Source: Camelus ferus
Taxonomy: Eukaryota
Assembly: GCF_009834535.1 (NCBI RefSeq)
Contig: NC_045704.1
Coordinates: 12,090,001-12,154,000 of the forward strand
Length of the DNA stretch: 64,000 bases
Direction of reading: 5' to 3'
The stretch's first letter is position 1, and every line of letters begins with the position of its first letter. Shown piece by piece: positions 50,966 through 64,000 of this stretch. The notes under the pieces are model-generated. The model was not told the origin of the DNA, did not search any database, and worked only from the letters and a program-made list of their open reading frames with translations. A program made the position numbers and the translations under genes.

Positions 50966-52084
50966 CTAAGCAGGAGGGTTTCCAGGTTTTACCTGAAGGT
51001 TTCCATTATCTCCCGAGGGCTTCAACTCAGGGACAGGCTGACTGAGAAACCCCTCCTCACCAAATGCTCTGGCCAGGGCAAAAGGCAAAGACTGGAAAAT
51101 TTTTTCTTAGAAATCTCTGCCAACAAAGACATAGAGGAAAGTGTTGAGGCTGCTGTTGAAACAACCCAGGGAGAATGTAGCCCAGACGATAAGCAGCATC
51201 CTGGGGTCGGATTCCTTTTGCTCTAACAATTGGACCAAGCGCACCATGTTAAACAGGAACCAGGAGATGAAAAAGGCACTCACCAACACCAGCAGCAACC
51301 TCTTTGGCCAGCTAACATGGACCCAGCCCTCCCACCGGAGCCTGGTGCAGATGAGGTGAGCACAGGTACCGATGATCGCCAAGGGTACCAAGAAACCCAG
51401 CAGGAAGCGAATGACAGTCTTAGTCACTTGCCTCCCCCAAACTATTGGCTTCCAATCCTGGGAGTTCTCCTCCCCCTTATTGTCTATGTCGAACTTGAAG
51501 TAGCAGTAGAAACATTCTTTCAGTGTTCCAGTGGCCTGGAATTTCAAGTACGGAGAGGAAGCAACAGTAGCCAAGGGGCCACATGCCAACAGCCAGCCAG
51601 GTTGCCTGCTGTACGGTGTGGTGGTTTCGTGATCAGACAGGGTAGATGACAGAGATGCAGTGGTCCACAGAGATGAGGACCAGGAGGCAGACACTGGTAA
51701 AGAAGTTGGTCAAGAAGGCCATGTAGAGCTTGCAGGCCAATTTGCTGAGGAACCACTGGCCACTGGCTATGGTGTATATGGCGATGGGCAGGGACAGTAA
51801 GAAAGACGTTGGCAAGGGCCAGGTTGAAGAACCACATGGTAGTGACAGTGTGGGCCAGTCGGAAAACTGTCATCCAGAGCACCAGCCCGTTGACCACTAT
51901 ACCAACCACAAAGGACACAGACATAATGGCCATGGTCAGTGGGCGGAGGCACCCCACCTCCTCAGGATGGCATTTGGAAGCAGAGGTAGAATTCATCCTT
52001 CTAGAATAGGAAGGACCATATGTTAGTGCTACGTTACTGTTCACTGCTTTTCAGAGCCCAGGGTTCCCTCTGACACTCCTTCAT
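50966..52084 (-). pseudogene. GPR32: GPR32 pseudogene
   Basis: Colinear with recalled human GPR32 (EEVG.LRPLT, NGLVLWMTVFR, ISVD.CISV.YPV, GTCAHLI, KRLLLVLVSAFF, NSSLN.FLYVFVGRDF). Indels in the N-terminus, frameshifts near 51800 and 51568, TGA at 51633-51635, TAA at 51107-51109. Confidence 0.9.
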
Positions 52085-52279
52085 TTAATATATTTTTATT
52101 GAGTGCTTATTATGTCACTCTGATATTGCTCTCTGTTCCGGAAGTGAGTCATGTAACAAAACAGACCCGCCTAGAACTTACATCCTAATGGGGAACATCA
52201 GATGGGAAACACAATATATATAATAAATAAAACCATGATATACTACTTTAGAAGATTAAAAGTGCTGAGGGGCAAAAAT

Positions 52280-53460
52280 AAGGAGGGGCCTCTGACTTTT
52301 GGTTAAGTTGGAGTAGCTTTGTCAGACAAATAGTCTGGCAGATAAATTATAATATCTGGACAAAATGTTAAAAGTCAATCCACAGTTTGAAGACATTGGA
52401 GAGTGATCAAAATCAAGCATAAACTGAAGGAGAATCTACCTCGATGGGGGAACTGCATGAAGTCACAGTTGTGAGTTTGCATCTTTTGTGTGTGAGCGTT
52501 TTGCAGTTGCTGCATCCTCACTGGCTTGAGGTGTGAGAGGACTGAGTTATGGCAGATCAGTCAGAAAGACAGTGAGAAGGGAGGGAATTGTGGAAGGAAG
52601 GGGAGCCCCAGGGAAGGTTAACTCCAAAATCTGCATATGAAATCCATCCAAATCCTTAAATGACTGAATTATTTATGTTCAGAGGAGATCACAGGATGCC
52701 TGGTGAAGAGAAACAGTTGGAATTTGAAGTAACTGAGCAGAGATTTCAGTTGTTTCCCACCACAGAGATTAGAGTTTGGAGTTTGAGTCCAGCCAACTTA
52801 ACTGCCTGCTAGAACAAGGAATCACTCTTCAGAAGAACATAACACAGTGCAGAGTCTCTACAATATATCATGCATAATGGCCAGTATCCAGTTAAAAACC
52901 ACTATACATGTGAAGTAACAGGAAAGCATGAGCCATATATTCAACAAAGAAAGGAATCAATAGAAAACAAATTCAACATAACATGGGACATTGCAATACA
53001 CAAAGACATTAAAGCACCTAATACAAATATGTTCAAAGACTTAAAGGGAAAGATATGCATAATTAGTGAACAGTTGGGGAATCTTAGTAGGAAAGAGATA
53101 TTATGAAAAAAGAGTCAAATTAAAATTCTAGAGCTGAAAACTACAATTGAAATGAAAATTTCACTGGCTGGACTTCACAAAAAATTCAAAATGAAACCAG
53201 TGAACTAGAAGATAGAGCAATAGAAATTATCCAACCTAAAGAACAGAGAGAAAAAATATTAAAGAAAAATGAATAGAACCTCAGAGACCTGTAAATTAAT
53301 ATCACTCAGTTCAGAAGGAGAGGAAAAGAAAGTGGGAGAGAAGTGTATCTGCAGAAATAATGGCTGGTAATTTACCAAATTTGGTGCAAGGCATTAACTT
53401 ACAGATCCAAGAATTTCAATAAATTCCAAGCAAAATAAATAAAAGAAAATTATACCCAAG
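52280..53460 (+). mobile_element. Old L1M 5'/ORF1 fragment
   Basis: tcaaattaaaattctagagctgaaaactacaattgaaatg...gaagatagagcaatagaaattatccaacc...tatacccaagcacatcataat. Confidence 0.7.
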
Positions 53461-53479
53461 CACATCATAATCCCTGCTC

Positions 53480-55300
53480 TTGTCTCCCGTGCTAAAACTG
53501 TGTTCCTTTCTACCTCCTGGCCTTTGCACCTGCTGTTCTCTCTATCTGGAACACCTTTCCTTTCCCTCTGCCTTTTAATTTTACTCATTCTTGAGATGTC
53601 AGCAAAATTTTCCCTTCCTCCCCAAAAGCCTTCCCTGACCATCTTGACTGAAGCAGACCCTCTGGTAGAAGCTTCTCATATACTACAAGATTGTAAGGGG
53701 TAGCAATTAGACCCAACTCTGTTAGACTCTCTGATCAAGAGTCTGACCAAGACTCTGAGCTCCATAGTGGCGAGGCCAGTACATAGCTTGTTCATTAGAC
53801 CCTAGCACATAGTAAGCACTCAATAAATAATTGATAAGTGATTGGCTAAGGAGGAAAATCTCTCCCTTGTCCCCAGAGGATGGATTCAGTCATTTAGCCT
53901 AAAAGTATGCATTGAGCCCATAGTGTATGCCATACACTCTAAGCACTGGGGATGCAGCAGTGATGAAAATAGTCAAAGAGCTCTTCCCTGGTGGAGCAGA
54001 CATCAGAGGCATGAGAAAGTTCTTCACCTGGAGGAGGTGTTCCAGAACTTTTCATCTCTTTTGTCACCTCCTCCTCACATACCCTGGCCACACCTCAACT
54101 ATCCTTGCTTCCAAGCCCCCACCCTCTGAGCTCCCTAAGGCCCCTTCCTCCAAATCCCAGTCCCGTGTCACCATTTCCTGTGTCCAAGGGCGAGGTTCAG
54201 GCCAAGGGAGCTCTGTCTGTCTCCGTCGTCTGTCTTGGGTAGTCGCTAGCCTTGAGCCTGTGTTGGGGTTGGGGGCATGTGACAGGAAGACGGTCAATGA
54301 GTTTTGGAGCAGATAAGGCACAGGAAAGAGTCTCGAGCAAGAGTCATGATGACCCCAGAGATCAATATCAGAGCCCGGAAAGCGTCATTAGATGTGGATC
54401 TTGATAAGCCCTTGGGGCTGGGAGCTTGGGGGCCGCTAAAGAGGAGAGGGGCTCCAGAGACTGTTTCACTGCATCATTCCCATTCTTCTCACTTGTACTT
54501 TCTTGTATCCCACCCCCCTGCCCCATCTCAGGAAGGGAACTCAATTTACTCTTCCTTACTTTGGGGACCTCCAATTGTCCTTTTCTTCAGAAATGATGGT
54601 GCCTCTAATGGTGGATAGGGTTTTTCCTTTTTATGAGCCCCCCCCCCCCAAATGTGTCTTCTCCACCAGTTTTCCCAATGTATGTTATGTATGTATGTGT
54701 TGGGGGTTGGTGGTCCACAGAATTCCAAGTTCTACAGGAATGTCCCCAGATGTCCAGGGTCAGTAAGGAATATGTGACAAAGCCCAGCCCAAGCATCAGA
54801 ACTCCCCATATAATCATGAGCAAAACACATGGTGGTTGTTTTAAGCCTCTAAGATTTGGGATTGTTTGTTTGACAGCCATGGCTGACAGTATACATGGAA
54901 AACAGCCCCTTTCGTTCAACCTTCATTAACCATGTGTCAAGGACTGGCTGTGTCCCAGGCACTGGGCTGGATGTTTGAGAGAGGAGAGTAAACACACACA
55001 GACTCAGGCCCTGCCTGCCTACAGGAAACTTTGAGCACTGGGAGAGACAGACATGAAACAAACACACTGACAAACAAATGTATTTATTTACAAGTGAGGC
55101 TAAGGATTCTGAAGAAAAAGAAGATACTTTGATGAGGGTTTCAACAAAGGAAATGGTGTCAGGGCAAGAGGTTTGTGGAGGAAGTGACACTCAGGGTGAG
55201 ATCTGAAGAATAATAGGGGTTCACCAGGCCAAGAGGGAGGGAGGAGTGTTGCAGAGAGTAGAAGTGGCATGTGCAAATGTCCTGGGGATCATACCTACTT
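53480..55300. mobile_element. Patchwork of L2 and LTR fragments
   Basis: L2 motifs gcctttgcacctgctgttctctc, tagcacatagtaagcactcaataaata, ccaggcactgggctgg, gagatctgaagaa. Confidence 0.5.
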
Positions 55301-55579
55301 TTCCATACTTGTCTGGGATGACAGAGACTTTTCTCCTTCTTATCTTGTTGAGATTTCTTTTGCCAGCATTTGGAATGGCTAGAATTTCCTAAACCAAGCA
55401 CTCAAATTGCCTTAGTTGAAACTAAGAGAAAACAGCAGACCTATTATAAGGCTCAAAATACAAATATAGGGAAGAAATATACCAGAGGGACTCCTAGAAA
55501 ATAGAATATGAAGCTTGAAATGTTTTCACCTATGCAAAAGAAAGCAAAGAAGCCAGCTTTGGGAAGGTCCAATAGCTTA

Positions 55580-56375
55580 AGAAATCAATTCCATTGAGAT
55601 TTAATTTACATATAATAAAAATTTCCCATTTTTAGTGTACACTCATTTGGTTTCTTCTAAAAGTGTACATCCATGTAACCATCACTGTAATTGAGATCTA
55701 CAACATTTTTATTCCTCAAAGTTGCCTCAAGCCCCAACTGGTCATTGATCTGCCTTCTGATACTATAGGTTAGTTTCCCTTTTCTTTTTTAGGTTTCATA
55801 TAAATAAAATCAGACAATTATGTACTCCTTTTAAGGTTTCCAGATTTAGCACATGAAAATACAGGATGTGGTGGGGAGAGTATAGTTCAGTGGTTGAGTA
55901 CGTGCTTAGCATGAATGAGTTCCTGGGTTCAATCCCCAGTACCTCCATTTACTAAGTAAGTAAATAAACCTAATTACCTACCCCACCAAAAAAGGGAAAA
56001 AGTGCCCCCAAAAAAAGAATTTCAAAAAAAGAGAAAATATAGGATGCCTTACTACATTAGAACTTCAAGTAAACAACATATTTTTTAAGGATTTCTTGGG
56101 ACATATTTATACTGAAAAAATTGTTGTTGATCTAAAATTCAAATTTAGCTGGAAATCCTGTATTTTATCTGGCAATGCTTATATCTTTATCTCTGGTTTC
56201 TTTTGCTCAGCACAATGTTTTTGAGATTCATCCGTATTCTGTGTTTCAGGAAGTTCTTCCCTTTTCATTGCTGGAGTAGTACTCCATTGTATGGACATAC
56301 CAATGTACTTATCCATTCTCCTCTTAGTGGATGTTTGGGTTGTTTCCACTTTGGGGCTTGCAATGCACTGAATGT
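55580..56375 (-). mobile_element. L1M 3' end interrupted by a vic-1-like SINE (about 55872-56030, + strand)
   Basis: atgtaaccatcactgtaattgagatctacaac...tttttgagattcatccgtattc...ggatgtttgggttgtttccactttgggg. Confidence 0.65.
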
Positions 56376-56518
56376 NNNNNNNNNNNNNNNNNNNNNNNNN
56401 NNNNNNNNNNNNNNNNNNNNNNNNNNNNNNNNNNNNNNNNNNNNNNNNNNNNNNNNNNNNNNNNNNNNNNNNNNNNNNNNNNNNNNNNNNNNNNNNNNNN
56501 NNNNNNNNNNNNNNNNNN
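56376..56518. other. Assembly gap (143 N)
   Basis: Directly visible. Confidence 1.
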
Positions 56519-57704
56519 CCCTGGCCCCTTTCACCATGTGAGGACACAGCAAGAAGATGGCAACTAGGAGGCAGCTTTCACCAGACATTGAATCTGCCAG
56601 TGGCTTAATCTTAGACTTCCCAGCCTCTGGAATAGTGAGAAACATATTTCTACTGTTTATAAACCCCTAGCCTATGGTATTTTGTCATAGCAATCCAAAC
56701 ATACTAAGTTCTGAATTAAGCTCTGTCTGTCCAAGCTCAATACTGAACAATTTTCTTTCCCTACAGATGATGCTGGCACCCATGAACTTGTGGTCGCTGC
56801 AGACACATGTCACAGAGGACCTGGAGAATTAATTGCAAAGAGAGTTTGTGGGAGATGGACATGGGACTCTGATCCTAATAAGCCTCTGGCATGCAGAGCC
56901 CTCAGTCTTGTCTCCCCTTCCCCCCAACCCCATGTTTCCCAGGGCTGTCATGACAATGAAATTAATTAATACATGCAAAGCACTAGAAGAGTGCCTGGCA
57001 CAAAGTAGGTGCTCAAAACTTGTCAGCTCTCATGATTAGCATGAATATTTCTTCCACAGAATTTCATGGAGTATTTCACCTTCTGCATTTCACGGACTCT
57101 AAGACATACTATTTTTATAGGCACCACAAAGAAAGACATAGCCTATAAAATACAACACAGTGCTTTTTACTATTGAGAATTTTACTTTATATTTATTGAA
57201 AGATCTCTTCTGGATAAATTTTGTGTAGACACAAAAAGGGAAATGTAAGAGAAATAGAGCATTTGTAAAGTTTATTCCTGATCAAGGGCCTTTTTTGTTG
57301 TCTGAAGAATTTCAGACACATGTAAAAGTAGTCAAAATAGTGTAATGACCGCCACACATACCCATCATTTAACTTCAATGATCTTGTTTCATCTGTCTTC
57401 CTGCCCATTCTCCCCAAACCAGTTTCTTTGGAGGCAAATTCCAGATATATCATTTTTATTGCAAAAATTTCAATTTATGACCCTCAAAGAAGCTCCTTTG
57501 AAAATGTACAATAGCATCGTTGCACCTTAAAAAATTAACAATTCCTTAACACGTACAAAAATTAATTCTGTGAGTTTTCATATTTCTAATTGTCTCCTAA
57601 ATAACATTTTTCGAGGGCACTCAACTCTTCTGGGTCACTCAGATCATTAGTATTCATGTATTTCTATACACACCATCCTCCATGCCACCTAGATTAGGGG
57701 TAGA

Positions 57705-58025
57705 CAAAGTTTCTGTAAAGTGCCAGTGTAAATAATGTTGGCTTTGTGGGCTATGGGAATTGCATGAAAAGTACTCAGCCCTGCATTGTGGAAATCTGTT
57801 ATCCACAGATAATAGGGGAATTGCTGCGCGTGGCCGCGTGCCAATATAACTTTATTGATGGACACTCAGTTTTCAATTTTGTATGATTTTCATGTGTCAT
57901 GGACACTATTCTTTTGACTTTGTTCAATCAGTTAAAAAATGTAAAAACCACTCTTAGCACACGGGCTGTACAAAAAAAAAAAAAAAAAAAAAAAAACCAG
58001 GCAGTGGACCATGGTTTGCCAACTT
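57705..58025 (+). mobile_element. MER58B (hAT-Charlie) DNA transposon
   Basis: aggggtagacaaagtttctgtaaag...ccaatataactttattgatggacac...aaaaatgtaaaaaccactcttagc...atggtttgccaac. Confidence 0.75.
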
Positions 58026-59499
58026 AGATGCAGGTCTGGATTGGGTAAGGCAGTGTTTCTTTAAAGATGACAGGGGAAAACTAAAAAAACATCGCTACTG
58101 GGCCCTTGAAGTAGCTTTGCAATTACGGGCACTGGCCTATTACTGATTTCTATTTCCAGGGCATTTCCAAACATGACTTATTCACCACTGATCCCCCCAC
58201 GCACACCCAGTTGGTTCCCAGGGGCTCAGAGTGCCCCACAGTTATCTGCAGGAGTTCGTGCCTTGCCAGGAGCAATCGTGCAGTGCCAGCCATTGGAAGA
58301 TGCCTCCCGGTTTCAGAGGGGTCAAGATATGAGACAGTGTGCTTCTTAGAATAGATCAAATATGGTAGATTTTTGATGTTCTCCTTTATCAAAGCCAGTT
58401 TCTTTTTCTAAGGGGAACACTTGCAAGCAGCTGGTAAGAGGATAATTATTCTCACCAGGCTACCCTCTGCCTGGATTTGGGGATTGCTTCTTGCAATGCT
58501 GAAATCCTAAATAATATATTCAAGTGGGTAGTTTTGTTTTCCATAATTGATTTCTAGATGTAAGTATTTCCCCCACTGCTATGTATTCTTTAATCCGTTA
58601 AAAATTATAATATCTCATGCAGTGATTGTCACATGCTCACTCAAATTCCATCTCAGCAGAAATTTAAGTTTTTCTCTGCACCCCTCCCCCTCCACCACGT
58701 GTTTTGCTATTATAAATAGTGATGCAAATAACACTCTTGAGGATAAAGCTTTCTTCCATGTTTAGGATTATTTCTTTGGATTCCTAGAAGTGGCCTCCAA
58801 AGAAGAAAAGATCTTACTTTGTTTTCCAGAAAGCTGTGAGGACATACAACAGGGCAGGTCTCACCTACCAGCTCTGGGTCTTCCAGTTAAAAAATTTCCC
58901 CTGGTTGTTGACTTACTGGAATGGTTTTGATTTCTTGTGTGATGACATGTCTTCCTGAAATGGTTTGTTACTCACTATAATCCTTCTTTGGGGAACTGTC
59001 TCTTCATGTATTTTGCCCACTTGCCTCCTGGAATCCAACTGCTGTGTTCCCTTTCCTGTCACTTTATATGATAAGATTATTAATGCTATTTCTGTCACAA
59101 GGCACAGTGTTTTTTCAAGTCTATTCCTTCTCTTTTAATTTCAGTGTGAGTTGTTTTTTATACACAGAGCTTTTAAATTTAAGGTTGTCAAATCTGTATC
59201 CCTCATACAAGAAAAAAGGAGAAAAAAATCTACTTTAAGTATTTTTTTTAATTAAGGCATTATTTGCATACAGTACAATTCACACTTTTAGATGCAGTTC
59301 TGGGGTTTTGACAAATGCATACATTGTGTAACCGTCACCGCAACCATGACATGGAACCAAGAACCCCCAAATTCACTTGCACCCTTACATACTTTGAGTA
59401 TTTTAAAACCCAAGAAAACTGAAAGAATTGACATGATGAATAGGCAATTCTGTTCTCCTAACCATTCTGTGTTTTAAATGTTGAACCCAAATTTAGAAG

Positions 59500-60620
59500 G
59501 TCTCTAGCAGATGCAGTAACAACTGGTGCTATTATTGACACCATTATACAGCCCAACATATGCATAATAGGAGTACCAGAAGGAGAGAGAAAGGAATAGA
59601 AAAAGGCTTTTGAATAAATAATGGCTGAAAATTTCCCATATATATTACACCAACCTACACATCACAAGCTCAATGAACTCAAAAAAGACCCATGTAAAGA
59701 GACCTACTATCAGATATATCCTAGTACAAATGTTGAAAAATCAAAGAAAAGGAGACAATCCTAAAAGTAGGAAGAGAAAAAAAATGTGTTACATATACAA
59801 AGAAACCCCAATAAAATTAACAGCTAATTTCTCAGCAAAAATGATGAAGGCTGGAAGGCAGGCGTACAGCACCTTCAAAGCACCCAGAGAATGAAACCAT
59901 TAACCAGCAAAGATATCTTTCAAAAGTGAAGGCAAAATAAAGACATTCTTAGGTAGACAACACTGAGAGAATTGGTTGCTGGTAGACCAGCCTGATAAGA
60001 AATAGTAAAGGAAATTCTTCAGGATGAAAGCAAAGGAATTCCAGATGGTAACATAAATCCACAGAAAAAAAAAAAACTAGTAAAAGTAATTGTGTAATTA
60101 TAAAAGACAGTATAAATGCATAATTTGTCTCCTGTAGTCTCTTAACTGATTTTAAAAACAGTTGTATAAAATAATATGTACACAATGTATTGTTGGGCCT
60201 ATAACATATAGAAATGTAATACATTTGCTTGTAACAACACAAAGGAGGTGGGTGGGAGGAAAGCTATATTGGGCTGAGGAAATGACTACAGATGGTAAAG
60301 TACTAATGATAACAATATATTGTTGGATTTGTAACATTAATGTGCATTAAAAAAATTCCACAGAAAGAGAAAAAAGGGAATAAGGCTATATAGGAGTAAT
60401 GATTCTATATCTCACTGAAATTAAACTAGTATAAATCTAAACCTGATCAATTAAAACGTGTATGGTAAGTCCCAATGCAACAATTAAAAAAATAGAATAT
60501 ATAAAGAATTCTTACAACTCAGTAACAAGACCCAATTTTTAAAAAGTAGGCAGCAGATCTGAATAGGCATTTTCCAAAAAAGATATATATATATATATAT
60601 GGCCAAAAGCACATGAAGAT
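59500..60620 (+). mobile_element. Old L1M ORF1/ORF2-junction fragment
   Basis: taggagtaccagaaggagagagaaagg...ataatggctgaaaatttccc...cagctaatttctcagcaaaaatgatgaaggctggaaggc. Confidence 0.7.
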
Positions 60621-61807
60621 GGTAATATTTTATTTAGGATTTTTTTATTCACGTGAGAAATGGAAATAGATATTCCTTGTTTATGCTGCTCTTGACGTTT
60701 TTGTATTAACATCGTAGTAACCTAAAATAAGTTAGGGAGTGTTGCTTCTTTTTCTAATCTTAGATTGTGACTGTATTTGGAAGGGGGGGGGCCTTTAAAT
60801 AGGTGATTAAGTTAAAATGAGACTGTTAGGGTTGGCCCTAATTCAAGCTGATTGGTGGCCTTATAAGAAGCGGGAATTTGGGTACGTTGTTATGGCATTT
60901 CTAGCACATTGATACAGATATCATTGCTATAAAGCTCAAAAGCAAGCAGAACTAAGTCATATGCTGTGTAGGGATACACATGTGTGCTCAAGTGATTAAT
61001 CCTGAGTATCAAGTGCAGGATAAACACAACTCAGGTTAGTCATTACAGGTGGAGGGGAAACAAATGGGATAAGGAGAGGATGCCTTAACAGAAATGTCTT
61101 ATTCCTAGATACAGTGGTGGGTTAATGAGTGGTCCTCACTATTCAGTATTCACCTCTCTGTTATTTCACATGTATCAGCTATCACAAAATTGCCAAAGAG
61201 ATTGTTTGTAAGGCAGAGCTAGGGTTCCACTTCCTGCCACCTCTGTCCCCCGAACTCCACCCTAGCTGTGGCTTCCTGCCCACAAGTCTGCCAAAAGCTG
61301 TCACTGCTCAGGATCAGAAACCGAAGTCCAGTTGTGTTTGGAATCGGTGGAAAGAGAGGTTGAAAGGGGAAGATTACTTGCTTTCCTACATGAATTTCCA
61401 AAACCTAAGCTCACAATGCCATCTGCTCACACAAACCACCTGTCCTTTGAAAAGAAGCCTTTTACTCCTGGAAATGAGGAGGCTAGCATTTTAGAAGGAG
61501 GTGGTGGCTTGGGGCTGGAGCAGAGGAGAGGCTGTTCAAATGAATGAATGGAGAACAGGGGACCAGCATGGGGAAAACCTGAGGAAGCAGGTAAGGAGTC
61601 AGGTTCAAGGCAAACCACTGACCACAGAAAAGTAACTTAAAACAAAATTAGCCATCCCATGCTTCGCACCCTTCTTTTAATTGATCCTTAAAAACGAAGG
61701 ACACACCTCACCTCATATATTCTGATGGAGAACGTATAACCCAAATCGAATCACCTTAAGGAAACATCAGGGCAACTCAAGTGAAGAATTTCTATTTCTT
61801 AAAAAAG

Positions 61808-61990
61808 GGAGAGGTTGAGAGGATATAGTTCAAGTGCTAGACCACATGCTTCGCATGCGCAAGGTGCTGGGCTCAATCTCCAGTACCTCCTCTAAAAACA
61901 AATAAACAAACAAACAAACCTAATTACCTCCCCCCAAGTTAAACATAAATAAATAAAAATTTTTTAATGTTTTTAAAAGGAACACTGTAA
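61808..61990 (+). mobile_element. vic-1-like SINE
   Basis: Diverged tRNA-Ala head, cagtacctcc, tail acctaattacctccccc. Confidence 0.75.
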
Positions 61991-62329
61991 AAAAATTAAA
62001 ATTTAAAAAAATAAATAAGTATGGGGGAGCTGTTCTTCCAAGATGTCAATATCATAAATACAGAAGTGTTCCAGGTTCAAGGAGATGTGACAACAAAAGG
62101 GAATACTTGACCCCAGGCTGGACCCTGACCAGGAGGGGAAACGTGCTATGAAGGACAGCATTTGGGTCAATCTGACAAAGTATTACGTAAATGTTACATT
62201 TACTGAGGTTGATTACAGGGGTTATGTAAGAGAATGTCTCTATTCTTAAGAAATACACACACTGAAGTGTTTAGGGGTAAAGGGCCATGATGTAATGAAT
62301 CCTTAAATGTTTCAGAAAATATATGTCTA

Positions 62330-63070
62330 TATTGAGAAATGAAAACCAGCTAGGACTGTAAAACTCTGCCCCGCCATCCATCTAGGGACACAGATAAAGC
62401 CAGCTGCAGCACTAACGGGAGACCTCTCCCGAGGACACACTGCAGCTGTAATATCTTAACAACCCACTTTGTGAGGGACTAGGGCTATCTTACTCACTCA
62501 AAAACTTAGTTCTCTAAAATCACAGGCTTTTGGAAACTTTGGAAACTATTTGAAAGTGTATCTATAAGAATAAAGTAGCTTGCCTGGAAGATCTAAGTCA
62601 CTGTGACACAGACAAGAAGCCTCAATTTCCAGCCCTGATAACAGAGCTTTAGATAGAGTTTTTAGACACAACATGCTACATTTATCTTCACTTTGTAGTT
62701 TCCAAGGAAACAGGACCCTGAGTCCACTTTGAAGTCCAGACCTGATGTTGACTCACTTATACAAATACCTCCTTGGCTCTGAACATGTCACTTAAATTTC
62801 ACTCAAATTCCTCTCCTACCCTAAGTCCTATAGCTAAGTCGCAGCTCCTCCTTTGAGATGTGGTCCCTTCCACTGCAGTGGGTCAGTAAAACTGACTTTG
62901 GTTTGTCCCTGGTGATTGGATTAGGATGGAAGGGTGGGTGAAGGATGGCTGGCTGGCTGGATGGATGGTTGGATGGATGGCTAGATATATAGATAGGTAG
63001 ATAGAGTGAAAACAAAGGAAAACCTTATCTAAAACCAACTCAGGAAGCCCTAAAGGGAAAGTTCTCATGC
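62330..63070 (+). mobile_element. Probable ERV solo LTR
   Basis: LTR-like segment with agtaaaactgactttgg poly(A) context, followed by a (GGAT)n tract. Confidence 0.4.
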
Positions 63071-63254
63071 CCATACCACGCATTGCAGCCTGCATAACCG
63101 GAAGGAAGAAGGAAGATAAAAATTATTTTAACAAAGCCTGTTCATATAGAATTCTTTGTACAAAATCCTCTCTGTATCAACTTCTTTTTTTCCCCCTTAA
63201 GAGAGAAATTTCTCTCTTCCTTCTCTTTTTTTCTCTTTTTTTCCCATCTCTTTT

Positions 63255-63403
63255 CCTTTATTTTAGCTTTAAAAAAATTCTTTTTAATTTTTTTCCAGGG
63301 GTAGGTAATTAGGTTTTATTTGTTAATAAAAGTACTGGGGATTGAACCCAGGACGTCATGCATGCTGAGCATGCACTCTGCCACTGAGCTACACCCACTC
63401 CCC
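63255..63403 (-). mobile_element. vic-1-like SINE
   Basis: Reverse-complement head gggagtgggtgtagctcagtggcagagtgcatgctcagcatgcatgacgtcctgggttcaatcccc. Confidence 0.8.
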
Positions 63404-63419
63404 TTCAACTTCTTATCCA

Positions 63420-63765
63420 TGATGATAAGAATGTTACTTTCTTCTTTTGGCACAAGGGAGGACATTTTTCACATGGGAATTTTATCTCTTAGTTATAAGA
63501 AAAGGAAGGAGATCCCTCCCTGCTCCAGCAACAAGGCACCAACCACCACTTGCAGCCAATAAGAAACCACCACAGCCTACAATTCTTCTCCAATGGACTT
63601 TTCTTCAAAACAACCCCCCTCAGTTTCCTCCTAAAACCTAATAAAAGCTGACTTGTTCTTCGCTTCTTTGAACTTGCCTGTGGTTCAGCATAGCTTTCTT
63701 GTCCTGAACTGCAATTCCTCTGCTATTCCCAAATAAACCCATTTTGCTAGTAAAAGAACTGGCTA
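63420..63765 (+). mobile_element. Probable ERV1-type LTR remnant
   Basis: gcagccaataagaaacc...cctaataaaagctgac...cctgaactgcaattcctctgctattcccaaataaaccc. Confidence 0.45.
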
Positions 63766-64000
63766 TTTTATTTTTAAGGTTGACAATAGATCGATTATAA
63801 TAAAGCTAAAGCAATGGAGTGAGCTGTTAACAATAAATAAATCTGGGTAAAGAGTATATAAAATACAAGATATTATTTGTATTTTTGCAGGTTATCTGTA
63901 AATTTGAAATTATTTCCAAGTAAAAAGTTTTTTTTTAAAGAGGCTAAGTGGGTTTGGGCTAGTATTTAGCAAACTTTTTGCAGGCAAAGGGAGAATTTTT

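Noticed and set aside
56179-56645. ORFs spanning the N run
   Set aside because: Artefacts of the assembly gap within L1/MaLR sequence

Overview
Mammalian genomic window, most likely a camelid because it carries many copies of a tRNA-Ala-derived vic-1-like SINE. It is syntenic, in reverse orientation, to the human 19q13.33 interval KLK1 - C19orf48/SNORD88 - ACP4 - SMIM47 - GPR32. In order along the window: (1) an intact 5-exon KLK1; (2) two head-to-head, apparently intact four-TM PMP22/claudin-superfamily genes (LIM2/NKG7/TMEM202-like) with no protein-coding counterpart that I recall at the human locus. One lies tail-to-tail with KLK1. The other has an 860-nt first exon with 14-aa RRVS repeats and a GC-AG intron; (3) a CpG-island/TATA-driven snoRNA host gene with three intact SNORD88 copies and one degenerate copy, whose ATG-free mini-exons splice onto an intact 288-aa ORF resembling an ERV-L (Fv1/MuERV-L-like) Gag capsid with a C-terminal PPxY motif. 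This candidate domesticated retroviral gag is the most interesting element; (4) an intact 11-exon ACP4; (5) an SMIM47-like micropeptide locus with a frame problem; (6) a highly diverged chemoattractant-type GPCR relic; (7) a multiply disabled GPR32. The last 20 kb are mostly L1, L2, MIR, MaLR/LTR, MER and SINE debris with one 143-N gap. All family assignments come from reading the sequence and recalled family sequences. No searches were run, and repeat boundaries are approximate.
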